IMG/VR virus record: IMGVR_UViG_3300037222_000038
Span: 4,897 to 68,896 of that record
Length of the DNA: 64,000 nucleotides
Direction: 5' to 3' (one strand)
Source: a virus
The notes beneath the pieces are model-generated. The model saw only the letters and a list, made by a program, of their open reading frames with translations. It ran no database searches and was not told the DNA's origin. Each line of letters begins with the position of its first letter. The first letter of the stretch is position 1. Made by a program: the position numbers and the translations under genes. Shown here one piece after another: positions 56,413 to 64,000 of the stretch.

Positions 56413-57008
56413 CCGCCATTTTCATCGCCGCCGTCTTCTGTGCCGATCCCGGCCGCTATAATTCCGTTGTCAAACTGAACAGCGCGACCAGCCAATCAAG
56501 CGGGGCCGTTATCCAGCAGCGACAGACTGACATGCTCATCCTGACCTGCGCCCACGGCAAGAAGCTCAACCAGTACCACACGGTGACGGTCGGGGGTCAC
56601 GCGGAACTCAAAGGCTGGGTCGTGTGCATCGACGAGAAACGCGATCTGGCCATCATCTCGTCCGAACTGACCAGAGTCAGAGTCAATTCCATCCCGCGGC
56701 CCCGCGCGCAGCCTCCGGCGCTGGGCGATATTGTTCGGATCAAAGGCTACGGTTTCGGCCACTACACCGAACGCCAAACCACCGTCGTCGGAGTCAACAA
56801 CGTGACGGCGGGAGGCAACGTCCGGGACCGCCTGCGGGTCAAGGGCGAGACCAAACCCGGTGACTCCGGGGGCGTTCTCATCAACGACTGGGGCCAACTA
56901 ATCGGCATCTCGAATTCCTACTCGACTGGCCAGAAAGACGTGGACGGATTCTTCGTGACGCTCGAAGACATCCGGGACTTCCTTGACGAAAACGGGGTGC
57001 AACTGTGA
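56409..57008 (+). CDS. Trypsin-like serine protease
   Basis: ILTCAH, DLAII, GDSGG; short hydrophobic N-terminus. Confidence 0.88.
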   Translation: MTAIFIAAVFCADPGRYNSVVKLNSATSQSSGAVIQQRQTDMLILTCAHGKKLNQYHTVTVGGHAELKGWVVCIDEKRDLAIISSELTRVRVNSIPRPRAQPPALGDIVRIKGYGFGHYTERQTTVVGVNNVTAGGNVRDRLRVKGETKPGDSGGVLINDWGQLIGISNSYSTGQKDVDGFFVTLEDIRDFLDENGVQL

Positions 57009-57220
57009 CGGATTGGATCGAAGACGCAGCCGACAGAATCGAAGACGTACGGAAATTCGACAGCGATATTGGATTCGACAGGGTAAACAAGGAGCGCGTG
57101 GCCCGGATCATCCGCGAGGCGTACCAGAAGCACCAGCAATCTCAACTGGCCAGCGCCGCCCCGGATAACACACGCTGCCTCAAGTACATTCCCGGAGGTC
57201 TGACTGTCAGAAACGCGTAA
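57005..57220 (+). CDS. Hypothetical protein
   Basis: Coupled. Confidence 0.55.
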   Translation: MTDWIEDAADRIEDVRKFDSDIGFDRVNKERVARIIREAYQKHQQSQLASAAPDNTRCLKYIPGGLTVRNA

Positions 57221-57603
57221 TGCCCACGATCAAACAGGCAGTCGCCGACCGAATCCGGCAAGTCGAACAGAACCTGAAAATTCACATGGCGATGATGCAC
57301 CTCGCCGCAGGACGAACGACCCCAGAAGCCATCGCCGAATACGAGTCCCAGATGAAGAAGAAGCGCCAAGCCGAAGAGGCCCGCCTCGCCGCCATCGAAG
57401 CCGCCAAGACACCGGCACAACGCCTCAAGGAGAAGCAGGCCGCTTGCGACCACGAGTTCAGAGACGGCAACGCGCGATCCGTCTGCCACATCTGCAAACT
57501 GAGCGTGCCAAAGATATTTGCGGCCGGATACAACATGGGACACAATGTCGGCTACGACGCCGGCTATCAGGAACGCGGTCAACACGACTCTGACGAGGAA
57601 TAA
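57220..57603 (+). CDS. Hypothetical protein
   Basis: Coiled-coil, CDH...CHIC, GYDAGY. Confidence 0.65.
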   Translation: MPTIKQAVADRIRQVEQNLKIHMAMMHLAAGRTTPEAIAEYESQMKKKRQAEEARLAAIEAAKTPAQRLKEKQAACDHEFRDGNARSVCHICKLSVPKIFAAGYNMGHNVGYDAGYQERGQHDSDEE

Positions 57604-57677
57604 GCCATGCCCATCGGCGTGCCCTCTGGCGGGCTATACTGGGGACGCCGCAAGTTCGAATCCTGCCGGGATTGCTC

Positions 57678-57706
57678 TTGACACACGACGGGCGGGACTC
57701 AATAAT
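57678..57706 (+). promoter_or_regulatory. Sigma70-type promoter
   Basis: TTGACA-17-AATAAT. Confidence 0.6.
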
Positions 57707-57711
57707 TCGAC

Positions 57712-57835
57712 TGGCGAGACAGTCAGTTGATAAGGATAGAAGCCCCGTAGGGGGCGATGGAGTGTCGAAAGACACACGGCTCTGAATCAACTGACTGGCC
57801 GTCGCCACCGTCGATCCCTACGGGGTTTCTACTTT
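57712..57835 (+). ncRNA. Putative structured RNA or attenuator leader
   Basis: 12-bp and 16-bp interleaved stems, GAAA tetraloop hairpin. Confidence 0.5.
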
Positions 57836-58341
57836 GAACGGAGTCACTGCCTCCCAGAACGCAAGATGCGTCCCGCCCCCGGCAATCCATGCTTTCGCCG
57901 GCCACAGCCCATGTCAGGCACACCTCAAAGCAGCATGGAGTAACCCTCGCAGGAGAAACCCCTGTTGGCCTCGGGCGATTGAAACAACATCGCCGACAAG
58001 CCGTGACGACTCGGTAGCCACCCCATGTCACAGCGACCGCCAGGCACGCGAGAACGCTGGTAGCGACGTGCCCCATCTCGCCAATGGATCAGTGCCCCGC
58101 CGGGTAATATCCACCCAGCACCATGCAGCAACAAACGACCGTCGTGAGGAATCTGACAGAGACTGCGAACGACGCTAAACAACTCGCGGGGAGAGTCACG
58201 TTTCAAGATCGCGCTTCGTCACACAAGCCACAGTACGTCGTCTTCATGATCGTCGTAAATCAGGTCCAGTAACCACCATTTCACCACAAAAACCCCGTAC
58301 GGTCAGTCCGACATTCTACAGCCAGAAAGCGAGAATTCCCC

Positions 58342-58656
58342 ATGAAATTCGCCGTCCGCGTCATCGAACCACACGAGACATACACCAACCTCGGCCGTGA
58401 TCTTCCGCACTTTAGCGGACCCACAAGCCACGCCACGGTTTACGTCGAGGCTGACATCATCAAGATTGGAACAAACAGCATGGCCGGGGCCGGATGCCTC
58501 ATCCTAATCAAAGCCAAACAGGGGAGCCACGAAGAGCAGACCGTCGCTGTATTCTCTCCGGGTTTTTGGTGCTACTGGACCATCGTGGAGCAACCACACA
58601 TGCCGGAAGATCGAAGTAAAGCCAAATCTCACAAGAATCAAGAGCGGGTCCAGTAA
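58342..58656 (+). CDS. Hypothetical protein
   Basis: VAVFSPGFW pattern. Confidence 0.6.
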   Translation: MKFAVRVIEPHETYTNLGRDLPHFSGPTSHATVYVEADIIKIGTNSMAGAGCLILIKAKQGSHEEQTVAVFSPGFWCYWTIVEQPHMPEDRSKAKSHKNQERVQ

Positions 58657-58746
58657 CCTTTAAAGCGTGCAAAGACCCCCCTGGGGTCCGTCCGAATTCC
58701 TGGCAGGGAAAAGAATGCTTTCCCCTCGAGAATCTTGGAGCTCCCC

Positions 58747-58776
58747 TTGACACGCTGCACGATTTCGGCCTAAAAT
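58747..58776 (+). promoter_or_regulatory. Sigma70-type promoter
   Basis: TTGACA-18-TAAAAT. Confidence 0.5.
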
Positions 58777-58965
58777 GCACGAGTTCGACCTACGAGCACA
58801 AGTCTACTTTGGGGTTTGGTCTAAACTGGACCTGAACTCGCCAAAACATGGCAAAAACAGGCCAAAAACAGGCTTGAAACGCTGGTCAAACAAGCCCGGA
58901 AATGGCAGGTCCGGCAAGTCATTCCTGCAATCTTTACCAGGTTAGTGATGATTGATTGTGCCGTC

Positions 58966-59310
58966 ATGGCGCATCCCGCTACTGGCAAGCCACGCTACGG
59001 TACTCGCAGACGACACCGCAATCGTCGCGCTTGGGACGTACCGCGTTCCGTGGAAGCTCCTGTTGCCGGCAAGCGTGTCGATACACGGCTTACGTGGTCG
59101 CTCTACAAGCTGGCCTACACCGCTGCCAAAGCCAACGGATTGACCGTGCAGGGATTGATCAGGAGGCTACTGTGGGAGTACGTGCAGCCCCTCGTTCTGT
59201 CTCAACAAGCCTCTGAAGCGCTCGAGACGTCACCCGCTCCTGCCGGTCAAGAGAATGCTGTTGTGGAGGGGGCTGGATCCATGCCTGTAATCGAGCCTGA
59301 ATCGACCTAA
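58966..59310 (+). CDS. Ribbon-helix-helix-like DNA-binding protein
   Basis: KRVDTRL..SLYKLAYTAAKANGLTVQGLIRRLLWEYV. Confidence 0.55.
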   Translation: MAHPATGKPRYGTRRRHRNRRAWDVPRSVEAPVAGKRVDTRLTWSLYKLAYTAAKANGLTVQGLIRRLLWEYVQPLVLSQQASEALETSPAPAGQENAVVEGAGSMPVIEPEST

Positions 59311-59660
59311 TCCACTGGTCAAACTCATTGGGTAATTGGCCTGGTTTGGCAACTTTTTTGCCAATAAAGACTTACGTCAATTTTGGTTGGTTTTGTGCCA
59401 AATTCCGATGATTTTTGGAATCGTCGCAAGTCTTGATTCTGTCTGGATTTAACAATCTTGACCAAAATTGTGATGAATACCAGACGAATTGTCTTTGGCA
59501 CGATTTTCTTACCTTAAGGCTTATGTAGGGACGAAAAAATCGCCCTGCCGACAACCACTCGACGACCACGTTTCCCGTACACAGATCCAGCTTTCTCTCC
59601 CTAGCCTTGCTTCGTGGTTGTCGCAAGCTAGGGATGAGAGACTGGGCTTAGGAGCACAAC

Positions 59661-59861
59661 ATGAAGACTCCCACCTTTGACCGCACGTATCTGTTTGACC
59701 GATTCATCCGTGGAATTGAGTTGGAACTCCCCATCGGATGCGGTGTACCGTGCGGCTTTATCCGCTCGATCGAACGTGAAGACGGTAGCGGAAACTGCTG
59801 GAACGTGACCATTCGGCACGCTTCGGGTTCGCTCCATACCGTGTTCATCCGCACCGTCTAA
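59661..59861 (+). CDS. Small early protein
   Basis: AGGAG RBS; IEREDGSGNCWNVT. Confidence 0.7.
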   Translation: MKTPTFDRTYLFDRFIRGIELELPIGCGVPCGFIRSIEREDGSGNCWNVTIRHASGSLHTVFIRTV

Positions 59862-59919
59862 CCACGTGTGCGGCCGGTGTCGGATACCGTCAATACGACC
59901 TACCACAAGGAGAAACGCA

Positions 59920-60243
59920 ATGATCCATAAGCCGCTTACCATATCAGAAACTAACCCGCTTCAGGGGCCATTCTTGCTCGAAGTGTTCCTAACCCGCGGC
60001 AAGTACGCTGGCGATATTCAGCGGGAATGGGTAGCGCTTGTGTCGGTTTCCACGGCGCAGATCGGCCTATACGTCGCCAGCCAGATGGCCACTTGCTACC
60101 AGTATCGGCTGTACCTGGGTCCAGCCGATGGCTACCTGTATCTCGACTGGCGCGACGATGGCGACGGGCTATTCTCGCCGTACTGGAGCGACGATGGCGA
60201 CGGGCTATTCGTGGCTGGCAGGGGTGGCTGTTTACGTGACTAA
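59920..60243 (+). CDS. Early protein, paralogue of 62008-62301 with rearranged 3' end
   Basis: Shared PFLL, TRG.YAGDI, MATCYQYRL, DDGDGLFSPYWSD. Confidence 0.75.
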   Translation: MIHKPLTISETNPLQGPFLLEVFLTRGKYAGDIQREWVALVSVSTAQIGLYVASQMATCYQYRLYLGPADGYLYLDWRDDGDGLFSPYWSDDGDGLFVAGRGGCLRD

Positions 60244-60277
60244 TCCAGCTATTTCACTATTTGACGCGACAATCAGT

Positions 60278-60316
60278 CGCAACTAGCTCCCTGAGTGGTG
60301 GGAGGGGATGGAGAAA
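60278..60316 (+). repeat. 39-bp hairpin+RBS leader, copy A
   Basis: Identical to 60964-61002. Confidence 0.95.
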
Positions 60317-60320
60317 CGAA

Positions 60321-60554
60321 ATGATCGCAATTGCAAAGATGTACAATGAGGGTTGCTCCGGTCCGCGTGGTCAGTTTGAAACGACTTTGCAAAAGGCTTT
60401 TCAGGATTCGGTCGATTGGTCGGAAGGCCAGATCGGACACCCGTGGGATGGGATATTGGTGAATGTATATGAAAACGAGGAAGCCACTTTCCGAGGGAAC
60501 CCGGTCGAAACGCTCGACATCAGGATGGTTGATGGTGCGTGGGAAGTCGTCTAA
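60321..60554 (+). CDS. Small early protein
   Basis: Follows leader A. Confidence 0.7.
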   Translation: MIAIAKMYNEGCSGPRGQFETTLQKAFQDSVDWSEGQIGHPWDGILVNVYENEEATFRGNPVETLDIRMVDGAWEVV

Positions 60555-60609
60555 TTCATTGGTACTGACGGCGCGTAAAATAGAGACATGACGCGGCGAA
60601 CAAACGAGC

Positions 60610-60650
60610 CGCGAGTAGCTCGGATGACTGGTTCCGAGGGGATGGAGAAA
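60610..60650 (+). repeat. Variant leader copy with different stem
   Basis: tag-ctcgga-tgactggt-tccgag-gggatggagaaa. Confidence 0.85.
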
Positions 60651-60654
60651 AGTC

Positions 60655-60927
60655 ATGACAACGAACAAATTTATCACAATTTCGACCGATCCGACCGCGT
60701 GGGGAGATACTGAAGCCTCGCCAGACTTCAGCGTCGCCGATGAGGCCAATCGGATCAGGGTCGCTGCCGAATCGGCCGGAATCGTGGTTCGCGGCGACAA
60801 TGATCCGCGAGAATTTTATGCGGCCGACGGTGGTGACATGGAGCCGATCGACTGGTGGTCTACCTGGTGCCACGTCGGGCACGAGTGGAGCAATGAGCAG
60901 TGGCGGGAATTTTTTGCAGACTGCTAG
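60655..60927 (+). CDS. Small acidic early protein
   Basis: Follows variant leader. Confidence 0.7.
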   Translation: MTTNKFITISTDPTAWGDTEASPDFSVADEANRIRVAAESAGIVVRGDNDPREFYAADGGDMEPIDWWSTWCHVGHEWSNEQWREFFADC

Positions 60928-60963
60928 ATTCACACACCCCCAACGCCAGCGGCAGGCGATTGC

Positions 60964-61002
60964 CGCAACTAGCTCCCTGAGTGGTGGGAGGGGATGGAGA
61001 AA
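60964..61002 (+). repeat. 39-bp leader, copy B
   Basis: Identical to copy A. Confidence 0.95.
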
Positions 61003-61007
61003 AGATT

Positions 61008-61313
61008 ATGGCGAATTACTCAGTTGACGAAAATGGCCGAACCTACGGATTCACGGTGCAGGACGACGAGTCGGAAGCGGGCAGCTTCGGGTGCAATCTG
61101 GAGGTCGGCCAGGAAGTGGACCTGACCGATGGCGGGACTGGCACAGTCGAGCGTGTGTACAGCCGCATCCAGACCGGCAATCCCGATAGCGGTGCCAGTA
61201 ACTATGTCGCTGTCGATATCGAGACAGAGGATGCCGACTGTCCTGAGTGCGGACACCCGAAGGACGGATCGTCCGGGCACGGGCACTGCGAACATCCCTG
61301 CCATACGGCCTAG
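61008..61313 (+). CDS. Small acidic early protein with Cys/His tail
   Basis: Follows leader B; CPECGH...CEHPCH. Confidence 0.7.
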   Translation: MANYSVDENGRTYGFTVQDDESEAGSFGCNLEVGQEVDLTDGGTGTVERVYSRIQTGNPDSGASNYVAVDIETEDADCPECGHPKDGSSGHGHCEHPCHTA

Positions 61314-61403
61314 TCGATTCTCCCCTGCGTCCGGCAGGTTCCGCGCCAACCGGACATTGATTGGCGCGGCCCCATTACAACAGTCTCTAACGAAAGATAA
61401 ATC

Positions 61404-61589
61404 ATGCTGACAGTCGTCTCTACACACGGCAAAGCACACAAAAGCAGTGGCATGTGGCGGATTCAGGTAACGCTCTCCGACGACAGTAAGGTTTTCATGT
61501 ATGCACAGCGGCGTAGCGTTCTCCGCACGCGGCTGAAGGAACGCGGCTTGACAGTCGAACAAATTGACGCCTGCGTTCCCCGAAACTAG
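61404..61589 (+). CDS. Small early protein
   Basis: 61-aa ORF. Confidence 0.55.
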   Translation: MLTVVSTHGKAHKSSGMWRIQVTLSDDSKVFMYAQRRSVLRTRLKERGLTVEQIDACVPRN

Positions 61590-61640
61590 GACCGAACCAT
61601 GCGTTTCCGATTTCCTAACCCCAACACGAAAGGCAGAATC

Positions 61641-61883
61641 ATGACGACCGCGACAAAAACAAAAACAGAAACCGAAATCATCCGCGAATTCCTCAGACTC
61701 CCCCGAGAGATGCTGCCGTCCGCGACCTGGGCCAATCGTGACTGCGACGATCAGGGATCCTGCTGGCCGTGGCTGCGTAGTGCGATCAGTACCGACGGCC
61801 AGCTCAATCACGTCGGTGACAGGATATTGCTGCACGCGGATTGCGACGGCTGGCGAGACGGTGTCGTGGTATCCGCCGGCTGA
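61641..61883 (+). CDS. Small early protein
   Basis: GAAAGG RBS. Confidence 0.6.
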   Translation: MTTATKTKTETEIIREFLRLPREMLPSATWANRDCDDQGSCWPWLRSAISTDGQLNHVGDRILLHADCDGWRDGVVVSAG

Positions 61884-62007
61884 TCCCCATTACCTGGTCG
61901 GCAAACCGCCGGCCCGGACATAGTGACCAGTTAAACCTAAGGCGCGGAACGGCGTACACTCGAACGACTTATCAAGGCCAAAGACCTCTGTGTTGTAAGG
62001 ATTCCCA

Positions 62008-62301
62008 ATGACGACAACCGTAACTGATTTGCAAGGCGCACAACCCCCGTTTCTGCTGTACGTCCTGATGACTCGCGGCCATTACGCCGGCGACATCGAG
62101 CGCCATTGGGTGCTAGTTCGGTCCGTCGCCAGCCTGGACGAAGGATTGCAGGTCGCGTCGAACATGGCGACGTGTTACCAGTATCGCCTGCACCTCGGCG
62201 AGACTTTCGGGTATGTGTATCTCGACTGGAGCGACGATGGCGACGGGCTATTCTCGCCGTACTGGAGCGACGAACCACGGGATACCAGCAAGGCAGTGTA
62301 A
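62008..62301 (+). CDS. Early protein, paralogue of 59920-60243
   Basis: AAGGA RBS; shared motifs. Confidence 0.75.
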   Translation: MTTTVTDLQGAQPPFLLYVLMTRGHYAGDIERHWVLVRSVASLDEGLQVASNMATCYQYRLHLGETFGYVYLDWSDDGDGLFSPYWSDEPRDTSKAV

Positions 62302-62384
62302 ATCTCCTGCCCTCCCAGTCACCTATTCGTGGCTGGCAGGGGTGGCTGTTTACCATCCGTTTACCTACCGATGGAGACACGACA

Positions 62385-62564
62385 ATGGACACCAGATTCG
62401 TTACCCCTCAATGGTGCCGACACTGCCGGCGGGAGGCCATGCGATGCGCTTGGCGCTACCGCGAACTCGGCGAGATTGCGCTCATGCGCTGTGCGATTCG
62501 GATTGCTCGGGAATGGAACCGGGAATACGTGCGGCTCACGCGGAAGGGCAGGGTATTCGCTTGA
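62385..62564 (+). CDS. Small basic protein
   Basis: GGAG RBS, coupled to ATPase. Confidence 0.55.
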   Translation: MDTRFVTPQWCRHCRREAMRCAWRYRELGEIALMRCAIRIAREWNREYVRLTRKGRVFA

Positions 62565-63199
62565 ATCTACCCGAACAATACCGACCGAAAGCATGGAACG
62601 AAGTCATCGGACAGGACAAAGTGATAGCGACAATCGACCGGCTTAGGCCGCGTGGCTTGACGGGTCGCGCCTACTTCCTGTCTGGAGCAAGCGGGACCGG
62701 CAAAACGTCGATTGCCTTGCTTCTGGCGCAGGAAGTCGCAAGCCCCATTTGCATCGAAGAGTACGACGCTGGCGAACTTACTGGACCGATGATCCGCGAG
62801 ATTGAACGCCGCTTGGCGGTCAAAGGCTTCTCGCCTGGTGGCCGTGCAGTCATCGTGAATGAGGCGCATGGCCTCAAACCGGAAGTGATTCGGGCGCTTT
62901 TGGTGGCGCTCGAGCGGATCCCGTCTCATGCTGTTTGGCTGTTCACGACTACCGCAGACGGCAAGCAAAACATGTTCGAGAAAGAGGATGCGAGCCCCCT
63001 GTTGTCCCGCTGTTTGTCCCTTGAATTGTCCCGCCGTGGCCTTGCTGAACCGTTCGCGGCTCGGGCTTTGGAAATCGCACGGCGCGAGGGAATGGACGGC
63101 CAGCCGATTGAGAAGTACATCAGTCTGATGAAGGAATGCAGGAACAATCTCAGGGCCGCGCTTCAAGCAATCGAGGCCGGAGTGATGATTCCTAATTGA
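62561..63199 (+). CDS. Clamp-loader-clade AAA+ ATPase (DnaX/RFC-like), short
   Basis: YRPKAWNEVIGQ, GASGTGKT, IVNEAH, LLSRC, NNLRAALQ; TTG start. Confidence 0.85.
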   Translation: MNLPEQYRPKAWNEVIGQDKVIATIDRLRPRGLTGRAYFLSGASGTGKTSIALLLAQEVASPICIEEYDAGELTGPMIREIERRLAVKGFSPGGRAVIVNEAHGLKPEVIRALLVALERIPSHAVWLFTTTADGKQNMFEKEDASPLLSRCLSLELSRRGLAEPFAARALEIARREGMDGQPIEKYISLMKECRNNLRAALQAIEAGVMIPN

Positions 63200-63202
63200 C
63201 CC

Positions 63203-63230
63203 TTGACAACCTATTGTGACCTGCTACAAT
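63203..63230 (+). promoter_or_regulatory. Sigma70-type promoter with extended -10
   Basis: TTGACA-16-TACAAT preceded by TGn. Confidence 0.65.
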
Positions 63231-63351
63231 GCCCGAAGCTACCACGATTTTCTACCACCCCCATTCACGTATTCCCGCCCCCCTCACGTTGCGTTGTCAG
63301 TGTGGTAGCTGCTGCGCTCGAGGGGCAAGCGGGGATCTTTGGAGACCTACC

Positions 63352-63786
63352 ATGAAACACGCATTCCTAGCAATGAAGGTGCTGTCAGCCGATACGCCGG
63401 AAGCGGCCGGCGCGCGGTGTATAATCAAGCGCACACTCCGCCAGATGGCGTTGCCAGTTGGCGAACCAGCCGAATACGTGGCGTGGTTCGTGGCACATCC
63501 GTGGGCTTGCACGACAGGAATTGAACGGGCATTGCAGCAGTCGGTACGCGCTTACGAACGAAACGACACGGTACGCGAAAATCGCTATGCCAATCAGGTC
63601 GTCGTGTTGATGGGCGCTCTCGGCTTCCGGCTCGACTGGCCCGGCCTCTATCCGACGTTCATTTACAACAGTCCGAAACCAGAGAACCTGCCGGGCGGTC
63701 GCTGGGGTGGCGGTGAATGCTACCAATTGTCGCACGTCTGGACGCTGCTCGAAGACATCCGCAAAGCGGAGAATCAACCCGAATAG
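63352..63786 (+). CDS. Hypothetical early protein
   Basis: GGAG RBS; DWPGLYPT. Confidence 0.65.
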   Translation: MKHAFLAMKVLSADTPEAAGARCIIKRTLRQMALPVGEPAEYVAWFVAHPWACTTGIERALQQSVRAYERNDTVRENRYANQVVVLMGALGFRLDWPGLYPTFIYNSPKPENLPGGRWGGGECYQLSHVWTLLEDIRKAENQPE

Positions 63787-63868
63787 CGCCCCACATGGCC
63801 GTCCTCCCCGCAAGGCGAGGCCGGCGACGTTGGACGTTACGCCCACTTTTTTTATAGGAGACCTACAC

Positions 63869-64000
63869 ATGGCAAACCCAAAGGCAGCAGCAGAGAGACC
63901 AGTAATCGTTTGCACCGTGCACAAAGGCGTGTTCTTCGGGTACGCTGGCGACACTCGCGGCACAATCATCGACCTGAAGCGGGCACGCATGGCGATCTAC
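63869..64000 (+). CDS. Phage protein, DUF6948-like, runs off window
   Basis: AGGAG RBS; VIVCTVHKGVFFGY...LKRARM. Confidence 0.55.
   Translation, partial: MANPKAAAERPVIVCTVHKGVFFGYAGDTRGTIIDLKRARMAIY

Larger units (their letters stand above)
1..64000. mobile_element. Tailed dsDNA bacteriophage (podovirus-like) genome segment
   Basis: TerL, portal, scaffold, capsid, adaptor/nozzle and ejection-like proteins; no tape measure or sheath recognised; dense small coupled ORFs; no host housekeeping genes. Confidence 0.95.

Noticed and set aside
57604-57677. tRNA gene or attP around gcaagttcgaatcctgc
   Set aside because: Only a mismatched T-arm; I cannot build acceptor, D or anticodon arms, and no integrase is adjacent.
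60285-60320. Hammerhead ribozyme suggested by CTGAG...GAAA
   Set aside because: CUGANGA core is incomplete and the three-stem junction cannot be formed.
60278-61002. 39-bp repeats as a CRISPR mini-array
   Set aside because: Copies are hundreds of bases apart, separated by whole genes, and include the RBS.
61890-61940. c-di-GMP-I riboswitch suggested by GGCAAACC
   Set aside because: No GNRA-capped P2 or second conserved hairpin follows.
59920-62301. Paralogue pair as DGR template/variable repeats
   Set aside because: No reverse transcriptase in the window; differences are not confined to adenines.
1-64000. Alternative genetic code
   Set aside because: Long genes are intact in the standard code and all three stop codons end genes.

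Overview
The whole window looks like one GC-rich dsDNA tailed-phage genome segment with podovirus-like architecture; I recognise no host housekeeping genes, rRNA, intact tRNA, CRISPR array or integrase. Layout: (1) 1-15.0 kb, + strand, tightly coupled early/middle genes: CsrA-like regulator, putative ssDNA-annealing protein plus Cas4-like exonuclease, replication initiator, DUF1064-like nuclease, C5 DNA methyltransferase, many small ORFs. (2) 15.3-27.9 kb, + strand: holin-like ORFs, trypsin-like protease with collagen repeat, Tad1-like anti-defence sponge, tail fibre/tail-tip genes, then a short cargo array. (3) 27.9-53.8 kb, - strand morphogenesis module: putative TerS, HicB-like ORF, TerL, portal, GroES, scaffold, major capsid, adaptor and nozzle, Q/G/P-rich ejection proteins and a 2082-aa polyvalent protein. 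(4) 53.9-64 kb, + strand: serine resolvase/invertase, second trypsin-like protease, structured non-coding DNA, then small early-type genes with repeated hairpin/RBS leaders and a truncated clamp-loader-like AAA+ ATPase. A Planctomycetota-like host is only an inference. Most notable: a 22-bp sequence present four times as inverted-repeat pairs that closely bracket two unrelated single genes (candidate gene-cassette mobility or inversion system); a methyltransferase whose motif IX is in an overlapping frame; a cargo array punctuated by repeated copies of one gene's 3' end; a repeated leader hairpin with compensatory changes; and an antitoxin-like segment inserted in frame between direct repeats. 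All family calls are from motif recognition by eye, not database searches.
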